32,554 nt of DNA from Oligoflexus sp. (GCA_041736305.1 JBGSTX010000233.1:1-32554), one strand, 5' to 3'. Counted from the first letter of the stretch, positions 1-9,951 are shown. Program-made: numbers and translations. The notes: a model not told the origin generated them from the letters alone.

Positions 1-1290
1 GGCAGACTGTGTTGCATCGATCTCGTCAAACTCCCGCAACTGCCAAGAGCGGATAACCTGCAGAATATATTGGGTCTGAACCTCGCTCATAGCGATTACG
101 GAAAAGTTGCCGATAGGTGTGTTGGGTCCAAGCATGAGAAAGAAGTTGGGAAACCCAGGGATAAAGAGAGAACGGTAAGCCTGCGCCTTAGAGGCCCAAG
201 CGGTATCGATGTCGAGGCCATTTTTCCCCACAAGTTTCATCGGCCGCATAAAGTTGAACGGATGAAAACCTGTAGCCAGAATGAGAACATCGAGCTCATG
301 AAGACGACCGTCTTTGGTCAGAACTCCTTGTTCTGTAATCCGGCTGATGCCTTCCGTCACGAGATCGGCATTCGGCTTTTGAATCGCAGAGTAAAAAGTG
401 GAGTTGACGATAACGCGCTTACACCCGACGCGGTAGTCAGGCGTGAGCTTGAGCCTGAGAGCTGAGTTGCTGATCGATTTGTGCAAGTTTCTGCGGCAAA
501 GAAAGTTGAGAAGAGCAAAGGGCAGCTTTTTACCTATGACAGCATTGGAGAAGGTGGCTTCCACAGCGCGCGTGTACCAGCGATGCAAGCGCCTTGCAAT
601 CTCTGGCTTCCGCCTCCAAGTTGCCCGGTCTCGTTCAGTGTAGATTTTGTCGGGAACATTGACGATCCATTGAGGCGTTCGCTGGAAAACGGAAACCTTC
701 TCACCGACTTTGACCAGTTCGGGAATTACTTGTGCCGCTGTCGAACCTGTGCCGATAACGCCGATTCTCTGCTTTTGCAGGGGAACGCTGTGATCCCATT
801 CGGCGGTATGAAAGCATTTACCTTTGAAAGTGGAAAGTCCTTCGATCTGAGGCTTTGCTGGATGGTGCAGTATCCCTGTCGCTGAGATGACGAAGTCCGC
901 GCGCAAACGCTTGCCTTGACTGGTTTCGAGATTCCAACGCCCACTTTCATAAACGCAGCTGATGACAGCCTCGTTGTAGCGAATGCGCGGGCTCACTCCG
1001 TAGCTATCACTGATCCGGCGAAAGTAAGTCAGGATATCGGTCCCGCAGGCGAAGCGTTGTCGCCATTCTGTATTCGGTTTGAAGGAATACGAATACATAT
1101 GGGCTGGAATGTCACAAGCGACGCCTGGATAGGTATTTTCGCGCCAGGTTCCGCCTAAATCATGCCTCTTTTCCAGAATCGTGACATCGGAAATCCCAGC
1201 TTCTTTAAGCTTGATCGCCAAGAGAATTCCGGTCATGCCGGCACCAATGACTACTATGGAAGGATTTCGAAGAGGTCCCTGTCGCATCAT
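1..1290 (-). CDS. Flavin-containing monooxygenase, Baeyer-Villiger type (3' end truncated by window edge)
   Basis: Not in the ORF track; translated by hand. MMRQGPLRNPSIVVIGAGMTG (Rossmann motif), GGTWRENTYPGVACDIPAHMY, BVMO fingerprint FKGKCFHTAEWD, second Rossmann VIGTGSTA, ILATGF. The frame stays open to base 1. Confidence 0.93.
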   Translation of the reverse strand, partial: MMRQGPLRNPSIVVIGAGMTGILLAIKLKEAGISDVTILEKRHDLGGTWRENTYPGVACDIPAHMYSYSFKPNTEWRQRFACGTDILTYFRRISDSYGVSPRIRYNEAVISCVYESGRWNLETSQGKRLRADFVISATGILHHPAKPQIEGLSTFKGKCFHTAEWDHSVPLQKQRIGVIGTGSTAAQVIPELVKVGEKVSVFQRTPQWIVNVPDKIYTERDRATWRRKPEIARRLHRWYTRAVEATFSNAVIGKKLPFALLNFLCRRNLHKSISNSALRLKLTPDYRVGCKRVIVNSTFYSAIQKPNADLVTEGISRITEQGVLTKDGRLHELDVLILATGFHPFNFMRPMKLVGKNGLDIDTAWASKAQAYRSLFIPGFPNFFLMLGPNTPIGNFSVIAMSEVQTQYILQVIRSWQLREFDEIDATQSA

Positions 1291-1479
1291 GTTATCCAGA
1301 CTTGAGACGCTGTCTCAAAAATACAAACTCTTTCGGCCCCAAATTTACTCTAACTTGAAACTTGAACTGAAAATACATAGGCTCCGTAGAGGAGTCAATG
1401 GGCTTCCGTTCCACTGCATAGCGTGTTTTAATGGTGCACGCTCAATTTGATCTTCGTGCGCTAAAGGTGCAAAGATTTC

Positions 1480-2574
1480 TCAGTGCTCTCCCCTATACCA
1501 TTCTTGATTTTCAAAGGGAGCCCCTAGTTTATAAGCTTCTCCGAACCGAGGCGTGATGACCTCCACGCCTGCAGCCTTAGCAGCTTCTAGTGTGCGTATT
1601 GCGGGTTCGTTCCAGTCATGATAGGCCAGGTTAAAAGTTCCCCAGTGAACTGGTAGCAAGACTTTGGCGCCGAGGTCTTTGTGAGCCCGCACCGCTGCTT
1701 CGGGGTTCATGTGAATATCCTGCCAAATCTCATGGTAGGATCCAACCTTCATGATGCTGAGATCTGTCTCTCCAAAGCGTTTGTGGATCTCAGCAAAGTG
1801 CGGAGCGTAGCCGGTATCACCACTGTAAAAAATGGAATGCTCGCGACTCCTGATCATCCATGAAGCCCAGAGCGTAGAGTTATCGGGGGCTTTGCGTCCC
1901 GAATAGTGCCTCGCCGGCGTGCAATGGATCTTCACGCCTTTAAGCTCTATGCTTTCCCACCAATCCAGCTCATGAATCTGGGCCAGCGGCACCTGCCAGC
2001 GTTCGAGATGAGCGCCAACTCCCAGACCCACATAAAAATGGGTCCCCTGGCTCGCCAAGTGTTTAATGCTCGCCATATCGAGATGATCGTAGTGGTCATG
2101 GGAGATAACTACGGCATCAATATTCTTGAGGTCGGCGAGAGCTAGAGGAGGCCGATGAAAGCGGCGAGGCCCTATAGGAAGTGGAGACGCAAGATCCGAT
2201 AGGATGGGATCGGTCATGATCCGCAGACCATCGATTTCTACCAATACCGTTGCATGCCCGAACCAGATGACTTTCAAACCATTACCGGCTGGCTCTTCCA
2301 GCGATTTCGGATCGAGAGTTAGCACCGGAATCTTGATCGAAGGATGACGAAGGTTGTTCTCGAGATAGGCCTGGAGATTCCTCATGAGTGCGAGCTCTGG
2401 CTCATGAGGCGGTTTGTTTTCAAAGCGTCCTCCCTCGAACTCCGGCGATGTTTGCATCCTTTGCCAACGTTCGCCTTCGAAACTTCCTCCAAATGTGGGC
2501 AGACGATAAACGCCCCAAGTTGCAAGAGTCAAAACCACTAGGAGCGAAATGCCGACGAGCAGAAGCTTTTTCAT
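1480..2574 (-). CDS. Metallo-beta-lactamase-fold hydrolase (NAPE-PLD/RomA-like) with N-terminal membrane anchor
   Basis: WFGHAT, TDPILS, SHDHYDHLD (HxHxDH), PARHYSGR, YSGDTGY, PVHWGTF; hydrophobic N-terminus. Confidence 0.9.
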   Translation of the reverse strand: MKKLLLVGISLLVVLTLATWGVYRLPTFGGSFEGERWQRMQTSPEFEGGRFENKPPHEPELALMRNLQAYLENNLRHPSIKIPVLTLDPKSLEEPAGNGLKVIWFGHATVLVEIDGLRIMTDPILSDLASPLPIGPRRFHRPPLALADLKNIDAVVISHDHYDHLDMASIKHLASQGTHFYVGLGVGAHLERWQVPLAQIHELDWWESIELKGVKIHCTPARHYSGRKAPDNSTLWASWMIRSREHSIFYSGDTGYAPHFAEIHKRFGETDLSIMKVGSYHEIWQDIHMNPEAAVRAHKDLGAKVLLPVHWGTFNLAYHDWNEPAIRTLEAAKAAGVEVITPRFGEAYKLGAPFENQEWYRGEH

Positions 2575-2662
2575 AGATTCCTCTTTTTCAGCAGCGGTCG
2601 CGATACTATGCCAAGACTTACGATACAGTTTTTATTGGACTTATTTAGAGACAAATCGTATT

Positions 2663-2713
2663 TAAACCAGGTTTTAATTATTTTTCTAAATAAACCCGGG
2701 TCTATTCCGATAA
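2663..2713 (+). promoter_or_regulatory. Sigma28-like promoter plus two imperfect palindromes (candidate operators) upstream of the DUF2239 gene
   Basis: TAAA(2687-2690)-N15-TCCGATAA(2706-2713); TAAACCAGGTTTTA at 2663-2676 and TAAACCCGGGTCTA at 2691-2704. Confidence 0.5.
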
Positions 2714-2733
2714 GAGCTTAACTTTGACGGAGG

Positions 2734-3336
2734 ATGGGAATTATGGACAGCAGTATGTCAGAAACCTGCACCGCTTTCAGCGCTAGTCAGAAAATCGCCG
2801 AAGGAAGTCTCTATGAAGTGGCTTCCCTAGTGAAGCGCTTTATAGATCGACACCCGGAGAACTCGGTGCTGATTTTCGATGATCAGACCAGTGCTATCAT
2901 CGAGCTCGATCTGCGTGGCACCCACGAGGAGATTCTCGGGCGCTTAAACAGGAACAAGGAGAGCAGTGGGGAGAAAGCGGGTCCTGGCCGGCCAAAACTC
3001 GGCGTCGTCTCGCGCGAAATTGGTCTGCTCCCTCGGCACTGGGATTGGTTAGCTCTGCAACCCGGGGGAGCTTCTGTGACTTTGCGCAAGCTTGTCGAGG
3101 AAGCGAAGAAGCAAAATGTGCAAAAGGATGCCGTAAGGATTTCGCAGAACGCGAGCTATAAATTTATGTCGGCAATGGCGGGTGATCTACCTCACTTTGA
3201 AGAGGCTACGCGGGCCTTTTTTGCCAAAGACAAAGCCCTCTTCCTGACTCTCACAGCAGCCTGGCCAAGCGATATACGCGAGCATATTCTTAGGCTTGGC
3301 GCCGCTGCCCTCGAGCACCGTGAGGAAATTAAATGA
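2734..3336 (+). CDS. DUF2239 family protein
   Basis: LIFDDQTSAIIELDLRG, GPGRPKLGVVSREIGLLPRHWDWL, QPGGASVTLRKLVEEA, YKFMSAMAGDLPHFEEATRA. The start may be 2743 or later. Confidence 0.88.
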   Translation: MGIMDSSMSETCTAFSASQKIAEGSLYEVASLVKRFIDRHPENSVLIFDDQTSAIIELDLRGTHEEILGRLNRNKESSGEKAGPGRPKLGVVSREIGLLPRHWDWLALQPGGASVTLRKLVEEAKKQNVQKDAVRISQNASYKFMSAMAGDLPHFEEATRAFFAKDKALFLTLTAAWPSDIREHILRLGAAALEHREEIK

Positions 3337-3366
3337 AAAAAAGAGAGGGCCCAAAAGACCCTCCCT
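3336..3366 (-). terminator. Intrinsic terminator of the LysM/beta-barrel gene
   Basis: Minus strand reads AGGGAGGGTC-TTTTG-GGCCCTCTCT followed by a T run, about 25 nt after the stop at 3391. Confidence 0.7.
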
Positions 3367-3390
3367 ACTTTCAGAGAATCGCAATCAAAC

Positions 3391-4398
3391 TTAGTAATCG
3401 AGCCGAAGGCCCAGAGTTACTCCGGTCTCCGCAGTCTTCTGCTTCGCATCGTCGGTATCTTGGATACGGCGATCGTAGAAGAGTCCTGCTTCGAGGTAGG
3501 TGTCAGTTTTCAGGGTATAATCCAATCCCGTACCAGCTCCGTAGCTGTAACCTGGATCGACGTCGACTGTCCGAGCTTCAGCTGCAGAGTTGTAGGCCGT
3601 ACTGAGCCCAAGAGACCAGCGGATGGAACTCGACTTGTAGAGGTCGTAGTCCAGCCCAAGCGAAACATTGTCGACAAAAACAGCTTCGAAATGGAAAGAA
3701 TCAGCGTCGTCCTGAGCGATAAAGAGCGCCTGCTCGCTACCAGCTTGAATCTCGAAATGCCAATTACTCGCGAAGCTAAGCTGATAGAAAGCTGAAACTT
3801 CTTTCAAAACTTTCTCCCTGCCGACGAAACGGCCATCGCTAGTGTCGGAGAACTCAGTATTCAAAGCTTTCAGCTCCACTCCTACCATAGAATGGTCGTT
3901 GATGAAGTAGTAGCCACGGAGCTTAAGTCCCTTGTTGAGCTTTGAATCAAGATCAGTTTTATAGCTACGATCTCTGGCGGTCACGTTGACGCCAGTCCCA
4001 GAGAGGATGCCGTGCAAAGCAAAACCAAAGCTTGGATGAGACTCTTCCTGAGTCGCATCCTGTGCTGCTTCCACAGCCGAACTTTCATTCGAAGCCAGGG
4101 GAACGGCCGCAACTTCTACAGAAACGGGAGCATTCTCTTCCACGGAAACCGAAGCGTCTTCAGGGCTGAGAATCACCTTCTGTGCAGGATAGATCCGATT
4201 AGGATCCTTGATGTCGGCATTCAGATCGATAACTTTCTTCAAGCTACCGCTCTTTCCATAGACAGGACCACTAAATTCCCGCTTGGCTATACCGGACAGA
4301 GTGTCGCCTGAGCGGACCGTGTAGATCTTGCCTTGAGCGAGCGTCGGGTGGAGCAGGCTAACTAGTAAAGCGAAAGAAGTACCCGTAAAACGTTGCAT
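3391..4398 (-). CDS. LysM peptidoglycan-binding protein with C-terminal outer-membrane beta-barrel
   Basis: Signal peptide; YTVRSGDTLSGIA...IKDPNRIYPAQKV (LysM); alternating beta-strands ending TLGLRLDY. ATG 4398 follows GGAG. Confidence 0.8.
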   Translation of the reverse strand: MQRFTGTSFALLVSLLHPTLAQGKIYTVRSGDTLSGIAKREFSGPVYGKSGSLKKVIDLNADIKDPNRIYPAQKVILSPEDASVSVEENAPVSVEVAAVPLASNESSAVEAAQDATQEESHPSFGFALHGILSGTGVNVTARDRSYKTDLDSKLNKGLKLRGYYFINDHSMVGVELKALNTEFSDTSDGRFVGREKVLKEVSAFYQLSFASNWHFEIQAGSEQALFIAQDDADSFHFEAVFVDNVSLGLDYDLYKSSSIRWSLGLSTAYNSAAEARTVDVDPGYSYGAGTGLDYTLKTDTYLEAGLFYDRRIQDTDDAKQKTAETGVTLGLRLDY

Positions 4399-4477
4399 GT
4401 CGATCTCCAAGTGTTTTTTAAGGAAGCCCGGGTGAAGAGGGAATCGGTTATGCTTTCAACCGATTCCCTAGCTTCGC

Positions 4478-6052
4478 TTAATCTTTCACGAGTACTGTGA
4501 TTTTGACGCCATCGCAGTCGATTTTGCGGAAGTTCCTTTCCCAAATATTGTTGCTCTTTGGGGAAATCGTACAAACGCTTTTTGTTGCGATAAGGGTTCG
4601 TAGAGATGCTATATCAGCACCTACTGAGATTACGGCTGCATTGTAGCTGGTACTGAGGGCTTCAACAGTACCATAGAGAGACGTCAAGCGCGCATCGAGA
4701 CCTGCAACATCACCTTTAGTATTGGTCAGTTCGATGCCGATCGCATCAAGAGCTACCCTTACTGAGTCGATCTGGGCATTAACAGCGGCGATAGCGTCCG
4801 ATAGAGCTGCTGCGCTGCTGCTGATGATTTCAGCCATTTCGCCGTTCAAAGTCTCAACTTCGGCATCGATGCGAGCATTGAGGTCAGATTTCAAAGTCTC
4901 CATGTCCTGTGCAAGGGCGCTATTGTCCTGAACAAATTTCTCGTTGAGGGTGTTCTGGGCGGCTTTGAATTCTTCGAAAGCACTTACTAGAAGATCGTGG
5001 TCTGTGCGCAGATCCGCAGTAGCAGTCTCTAGGTTCACGATACGACCTACTAGGGCCTGATCGACTCCTTCAAGCTGAGCTAGGCGACTTTGAAGATTGG
5101 CATTGAGAGACGCGATCTTGTTTTTGAGAAAGTTCAAGTTGGCTTTATCAGCAGCGTCCAGCTTCTTGATAGCAATCTTGAGGTCGGCTATCTGACCTTG
5201 AACATGAATGGCTGCCAAAACACTCGCAAAGATCACTTGGTTGACTTTACCGTCAAGGCGGCTGATTTCCTGAATCGTCAGATCCATGTTTGCCTGGTCG
5301 GCAGCGCTAAGAGTAGCAACTTCAGCGTCGAGCTTGCTTTGCAGAGCAGCGATCTGGCTGGCAGCTGCTTCAGCTACGGCTGCGTCATTGCTAAGAAGTT
5401 CTTGGCGAAGCATACACATCTTCTGAACGATACCACTGATCTTCTCAGCCATTTCCGAAGAGAGACCCGCGATTTGAGTTGTTAGCGATTCGTTAAGTGC
5501 CGCGATGTTGGCGTTGAGTTGATCGAGATTCGTCTGATCAGCAGCTGCTAGAACGGCCAGTTGTGCATTGAGCTCGTTCTCTAGACGAACTAGTTCGGCT
5601 TCATTCAAAGAAATCCGGTCCATTTGAGCACTTAGATCGAGGTCCAGCTTGGCTAGATGTGCTGCCTGCTCGCTGCTCTTAGCTTCGAGTATAAAGAGGC
5701 GCTTCTCGTGCAAAGAGAGCGTGTCTGCATGAATCTTGGCAGCTGTTTCGCTGAGGCCTAAGCGGATAAGTATATCGCCGATTTTCTTATCGACGATAAT
5801 TTTGTTTTCGTTGTCTTTAGCTTCGCCTTTGTCAGTCTTAGCTTCAAGATTCTTGAGTTTATCATGAAGGATTTCGTCAGCTGACTTCGTCTGGGCCATC
5901 GCATCAGCACTGGTATAGTCGGACGCGAGGGATACAGATTCATTAGAAGAGCAGCCTTCGAGAGCGCAAGTAAGAGGCTTGCTACAGGCTGAAAGAACGG
6001 TAAACGCTGTTAACAAGCCGAAGGTAGATGCGTACAAACGAGTGGATCTCAT
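4478..6052 (-). CDS. Long coiled-coil lipoprotein with internal repeats
   Basis: Lipobox VLSAC; about 400 aa of Ala/Leu-rich heptads; repeated L-x-AAD-(Q/K)-x-N; C-terminal Cys pair. Confidence 0.75.
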   Translation of the reverse strand: MRSTRLYASTFGLLTAFTVLSACSKPLTCALEGCSSNESVSLASDYTSADAMAQTKSADEILHDKLKNLEAKTDKGEAKDNENKIIVDKKIGDILIRLGLSETAAKIHADTLSLHEKRLFILEAKSSEQAAHLAKLDLDLSAQMDRISLNEAELVRLENELNAQLAVLAAADQTNLDQLNANIAALNESLTTQIAGLSSEMAEKISGIVQKMCMLRQELLSNDAAVAEAAASQIAALQSKLDAEVATLSAADQANMDLTIQEISRLDGKVNQVIFASVLAAIHVQGQIADLKIAIKKLDAADKANLNFLKNKIASLNANLQSRLAQLEGVDQALVGRIVNLETATADLRTDHDLLVSAFEEFKAAQNTLNEKFVQDNSALAQDMETLKSDLNARIDAEVETLNGEMAEIISSSAAALSDAIAAVNAQIDSVRVALDAIGIELTNTKGDVAGLDARLTSLYGTVEALSTSYNAAVISVGADIASLRTLIATKSVCTISPKSNNIWERNFRKIDCDGVKITVLVKD

Positions 6053-6097
6053 TGACTAGCTCCTGGGTGTCGATCGTTGATTGTATGGCGGAGCTAA

Positions 6098-6113
6098 AGC
6101 AAGTTGGAGGCCT
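6098..6113 (-). promoter_or_regulatory. Sigma54-like -24/-12 promoter
   Basis: Minus strand AGGCCTCCAACTTGCT, i.e. GG-N10-GC with TTGC, about 45 nt upstream of ATG 6052. Confidence 0.5.
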
Positions 6114-6264
6114 GTCTAATCATTACAGTGCTGAGGACTAATATCATTAGTTTGCGAGGCAAGGGTATGCACTTACTCTGGCTGTAGATCAGACAAGCGC
6201 GAATGCTGTAGCGGAACTAGGCAGGGAGAGTCTTTAATCAATAATATTAGTTATTTAAAACGCC

Positions 6265-6885
6265 TCATGGATCAAAAAAAGAAACCACACCGTTACTCAG
6301 ATTATAGCTTGCACCTACGATCTTGAATTTACCGAGAGCTACGAGCTTCTGCAGAACCTTGCTTCTGCCAAGAAGGCTTTCGACGCTATGTCTCACATTT
6401 CGTTCGACTACTGCTTCCCACAAGAGCTTGCGGTCGATTTCTGGTTGCTCTTTCAAGACCTCTTTTACCGCAGGTGCAATTTCCAAAACGATGTTCTGAA
6501 TATGGTCGGAGGCAGGCCAGGCACCTGAGGTCATGGCCGTGATTGCAGCGTCGACCGCACCACAACGAGTATGACCGACAACGGCGCAGAGCGGAGTATC
6601 AAAGCTTAAGGCAGCTAATTCGACACTTCCGATAAGAGAAGGAGCGACTACGTTGCCTGCTACCCGTACGATGAAAAGGTCGCCCATCCCGCAGTCAAAA
6701 ATCATTTCAGAGGGGACGCGTGAATCTGAGCAGGAGAGAATCACCGCGAAAGGTCTCTGACGCACTTCGGCCAAGGACTGGCGAATTTCATGGCTACGAG
6801 CTGGCACCAGTAAGTTTCCACCAGCAAATCGCTGGTTGCCGTCCTTTAGCTTCTGCAGTGCTTCTTCAGGAGTTTTGATGTTCAA
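6265..6885 (-). CDS. Beta-class carbonic anhydrase
   Basis: LKDGNQRF, CSDSRV, GDLFIVRVAGN, GHTRCGAV (Zn ligands C, D, H, C); TTG start after GGAGA. Confidence 0.93.
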   Translation of the reverse strand: MNIKTPEEALQKLKDGNQRFAGGNLLVPARSHEIRQSLAEVRQRPFAVILSCSDSRVPSEMIFDCGMGDLFIVRVAGNVVAPSLIGSVELAALSFDTPLCAVVGHTRCGAVDAAITAMTSGAWPASDHIQNIVLEIAPAVKEVLKEQPEIDRKLLWEAVVERNVRHSVESLLGRSKVLQKLVALGKFKIVGASYNLSNGVVSFFDP

Positions 6886-7445
6886 ACTCAGTCTCCCGAA
6901 CGTAAAAATTAAACCAGCAGCCCCGTCATATATTACCCCGGGTTAAGGGGTCCTGGAGCGCCGGGATAGCCTGATTGAAAGGCCCATTATTGATTCAGCC
7001 TCCCGCCTTGCCAAGCCTAAAATGAGTTTTTCGATCTTATCCTGCCAAGCCTTGGGGCCCAGGTCTCCGGGCTTGCTGGCAAAGAACGACGCGGTCTAAG
7101 CTAAGCACTTTGATGGACTTAGCGGTGAACTATAAGCTTGCGCTAGATCTATCCTGATCATTTCTCTCTTTGTAAGAGCGTCTATACATCTGAAAATCCC
7201 GTCCGATAATAAAGACATTTTTTCAACGAGAAAGTTTCCTTCACAGCACGCTTCTAAAAGAAAATTTTAGGCGCTCGGGTCGAGCCTTATCTATTTGCTA
7301 TAGCACAGCAAAGATAAATAAATTCGTAAGATCTTAAGGCCTATAGCGGCTGCTTTATCTTCTTGAAACTTGAGTATCATGCCGCGAAAGCTCAATATCG
7401 ATACTCCGACTAAGCGGTAACAAATCCATCAACACAGGATTGTCT

Positions 7446-9263
7446 ATGCACAAATTCGGGTCATTCAGCGGCCTAGGAGGTTTCGCTGCGCTTCAGATTG
7501 CCTTCCTCATTGGGATCTCCATTTACACCCCAACTCCTGTCCAAGCAGCTCCCGCGACGATGGCGAGTCCCCGCTTAGAATTGAGTGAAAGCGAAGAGCT
7601 GCCGCCTACCCCAGCCTGGATTTCGAAGGTCGCTCGCAAACTGCGCAACGGGGCGGGTCTCTCATGGAACGATGATTTGGATGCCCTCTTGAAGATGAAG
7701 CGAGCCGAGGTTGTGGACTTTTTTATGAAAGACCAGCGATTCATCGATACAGTGCTCGACTTCAATCTCTATTTTCTCGGTTTCAAGCCCACTCAGATTC
7801 TAAGTACTGGGCCCGAGCGTTATCATGTGAGCGCGTATATGTTTCCGCAGGCGATTACCGCTGCCAAGGCAGTGGCCTCCGGCGGCGATTACCTGAAACT
7901 CTTTGATCTTCGCCAACCCAATTACCTCGCGCCTTTCAGCGAACCGCCCATCCCTCCTGGCATTGGTGATGGGCAGAACCAGAGTTTGAGTCGAGAGGAA
8001 AAGCGCGCCCTACTGAGTAAAAGCGTTGGGGGGAGCATCGAAAGAATCAGAAGCGCTTTCGGCAGCGGACCTGCCTTCAATAAGGATGAGGGCTGCCGAG
8101 CATTCATCAGCGGTGAGACCTTTCAATTCCTCTTCCCTGCTAGCTCATCTCTCTCGGGTCAGCCGTCGAACGATCCTGGCTTGAATCAATTTGCCACGCG
8201 CTTGTTCAGTGCCTGTACCTCGAGCTTCCTGGGCGAAGAATTCATCATCGAAAGCCTCGATAGCTTCCAGAAAAGCGTCTTCGGGCTCAGTGAGATTATT
8301 TCGATTTTTGACGATCGTAACTACCAAATCAATTCAGTTTCAGACATCCGTAGCGTCGACGGCGCCGAGAAAAGCGGACTTGGCAATGATTTCTGGGCCC
8401 TTAGAACTAACTCTTCGACCAACTTCAACCGTAAAAGAGCTGCTGCCATCCTGAAGACCTATTTCTGTGACGATCTCACTCCTATCAACATCGTACCCAC
8501 CGATGTGCACGGGTCTGACCAGCACGGCAGTGATCCTTCATGTCAAGCCTGCCACTACAAACTCGATCCCATGGCTGGCTTCTTCCGCAATCAGGGTCTC
8601 GCGGGGATCGGCTTTGATCATAAGGAGACTTTGGTTTTCGACGATCTTGCCGCCGCAAGCGGGCCTAGCTATGAGGCTTATCTGGATTCCTGGAAAAACC
8701 CCGAGAGAACGAGTTGGAACGTTGGCTATATCCGCTCGCTCCGTGAGCCTAGCCTCAATAGCTACGAGCTCAATCATGATGCGCCCCTCGACGAACTCTT
8801 CCGCATCATTCGCGAGGCTCCTGAAGTCAGGCAATGTCTCGCTAAACGCATGAGCGAATTTTTTGTCAGTAAGGACCAGGTATTTGACGGAGCTTTTATG
8901 GAGGGTCTCAGTGCCTCCTTCAGCCATCCGAGCCAGAGTTCAGCAGATGGCTTTAAGCAGGTCGTGAAGACTCTGATTCTCAGTAAGACCTTCTCGATGG
9001 ACAATCCTAATCCCAAGCTTTGCTACGATCCGCCTGGTACCGAGAGCAAAGGCGCACTTTGCGAAGTGTCTTTCATCATAGAGAATCGTTGCTCATCATG
9101 CCACGCCGAAGGTTTCAATATCAGCGATGTGCGGGTGCAGGACAAGATGCTCGACCGACTACAATCTACTGATCCCGATCGCCGCATGCCTTTGCGCATG
9201 GATATGCCCGATACAGAGCGCGTGGCGCTTATCAAGTGGCTGAGTCAGGATTCACAACCTTAA
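7446..9263 (+). CDS. Secreted protein with two CxxCH heme-binding motifs (DUF1501-associated cytochrome c-like)
   Basis: Signal peptide; CQACHYKLDP and CSSCH; C-terminal RRMP (possible axial Met); NFNRKRAAAILKTYFCDDL. Confidence 0.7.
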   Translation: MHKFGSFSGLGGFAALQIAFLIGISIYTPTPVQAAPATMASPRLELSESEELPPTPAWISKVARKLRNGAGLSWNDDLDALLKMKRAEVVDFFMKDQRFIDTVLDFNLYFLGFKPTQILSTGPERYHVSAYMFPQAITAAKAVASGGDYLKLFDLRQPNYLAPFSEPPIPPGIGDGQNQSLSREEKRALLSKSVGGSIERIRSAFGSGPAFNKDEGCRAFISGETFQFLFPASSSLSGQPSNDPGLNQFATRLFSACTSSFLGEEFIIESLDSFQKSVFGLSEIISIFDDRNYQINSVSDIRSVDGAEKSGLGNDFWALRTNSSTNFNRKRAAAILKTYFCDDLTPINIVPTDVHGSDQHGSDPSCQACHYKLDPMAGFFRNQGLAGIGFDHKETLVFDDLAAASGPSYEAYLDSWKNPERTSWNVGYIRSLREPSLNSYELNHDAPLDELFRIIREAPEVRQCLAKRMSEFFVSKDQVFDGAFMEGLSASFSHPSQSSADGFKQVVKTLILSKTFSMDNPNPKLCYDPPGTESKGALCEVSFIIENRCSSCHAEGFNISDVRVQDKMLDRLQSTDPDRRMPLRMDMPDTERVALIKWLSQDSQP

Positions 9264-9274
9264 AGGGATTGACC

Positions 9275-9928
9275 ATGAAAGAGAAGATGCGAAACCTCCT
9301 AGTCTTATGCGCCCTCGTGAGCGCCTGCTCTCCTAGCGATGAAGTCTCACAGCTAAACGCGGGAGGTACCCGAATCGGTTACTACAAAGGAGTTGATGCC
9401 GTAAGCAGCCAAATGCGGGCGCTCATGATAGACCCAGCTGATGCGGATCAATTTAGTTTCCGCCGGCTTGTCGATGGGAATGTAGCCGGCGCTGACAAGC
9501 TTTCCAACCTGCTTGGTAGCTTTACCAGTGGAACCGGCGAAGAGTCGATGCAGAACGATAGCCCCAATGGCCTCAATGTTATGCTCTGGAAGCTTAATCT
9601 CTTGAAGTTTGGCGAGTTGCTGGCTGGCGTGTGCGAGCATCCTAGCTCGACGAGCATCACCGTCAATCGGAAGGAGGTCAAGCTCCATCCTCGCTTCGCG
9701 CCTATTCTTCTTGAGATTTGCGAAGCAGACGAGGCCAGTCTCGTGAGCTCGGCTGAAGATCTCTGGACTGGAACTATGGGTTGGGATGCACCTGAATCCG
9801 AAGTCGAAGCCTGGCGCGCCTTTGTCGATAGTGAGGCTGAGACTCTACTGGCCATGCCTGCGAGCGAGCGCGTCGAGACGCTGCTCATGGCGATTTTCTT
9901 CAATCCCTATTATCTCCTTGAATCCTAA
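9275..9928 (+). CDS. Hypothetical lipoprotein
   Basis: MKEKMRNLLVLCALVSAC lipobox; C-terminus AIFFNPYYLL; 11 nt after the upstream stop. Confidence 0.7.
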   Translation: MKEKMRNLLVLCALVSACSPSDEVSQLNAGGTRIGYYKGVDAVSSQMRALMIDPADADQFSFRRLVDGNVAGADKLSNLLGSFTSGTGEESMQNDSPNGLNVMLWKLNLLKFGELLAGVCEHPSSTSITVNRKEVKLHPRFAPILLEICEADEASLVSSAEDLWTGTMGWDAPESEVEAWRAFVDSEAETLLAMPASERVETLLMAIFFNPYYLLES

Positions 9929-9951
9929 ACATTGCTGTGGAGCCTTCAATT

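Noticed and set aside
70-1450. Plus-strand ORFs at 70-465, 443-643, 481-885, 916-1158 and 1181-1450
   Set aside because: They are mostly antisense shadows of the minus-strand monooxygenase, which the ORF track missed because it runs off the edge
4478-6052. Coiled-coil gene as SMC or a phage tape-measure protein
   Set aside because: It has no Walker motifs, it has a lipobox, and there are no phage genes nearby
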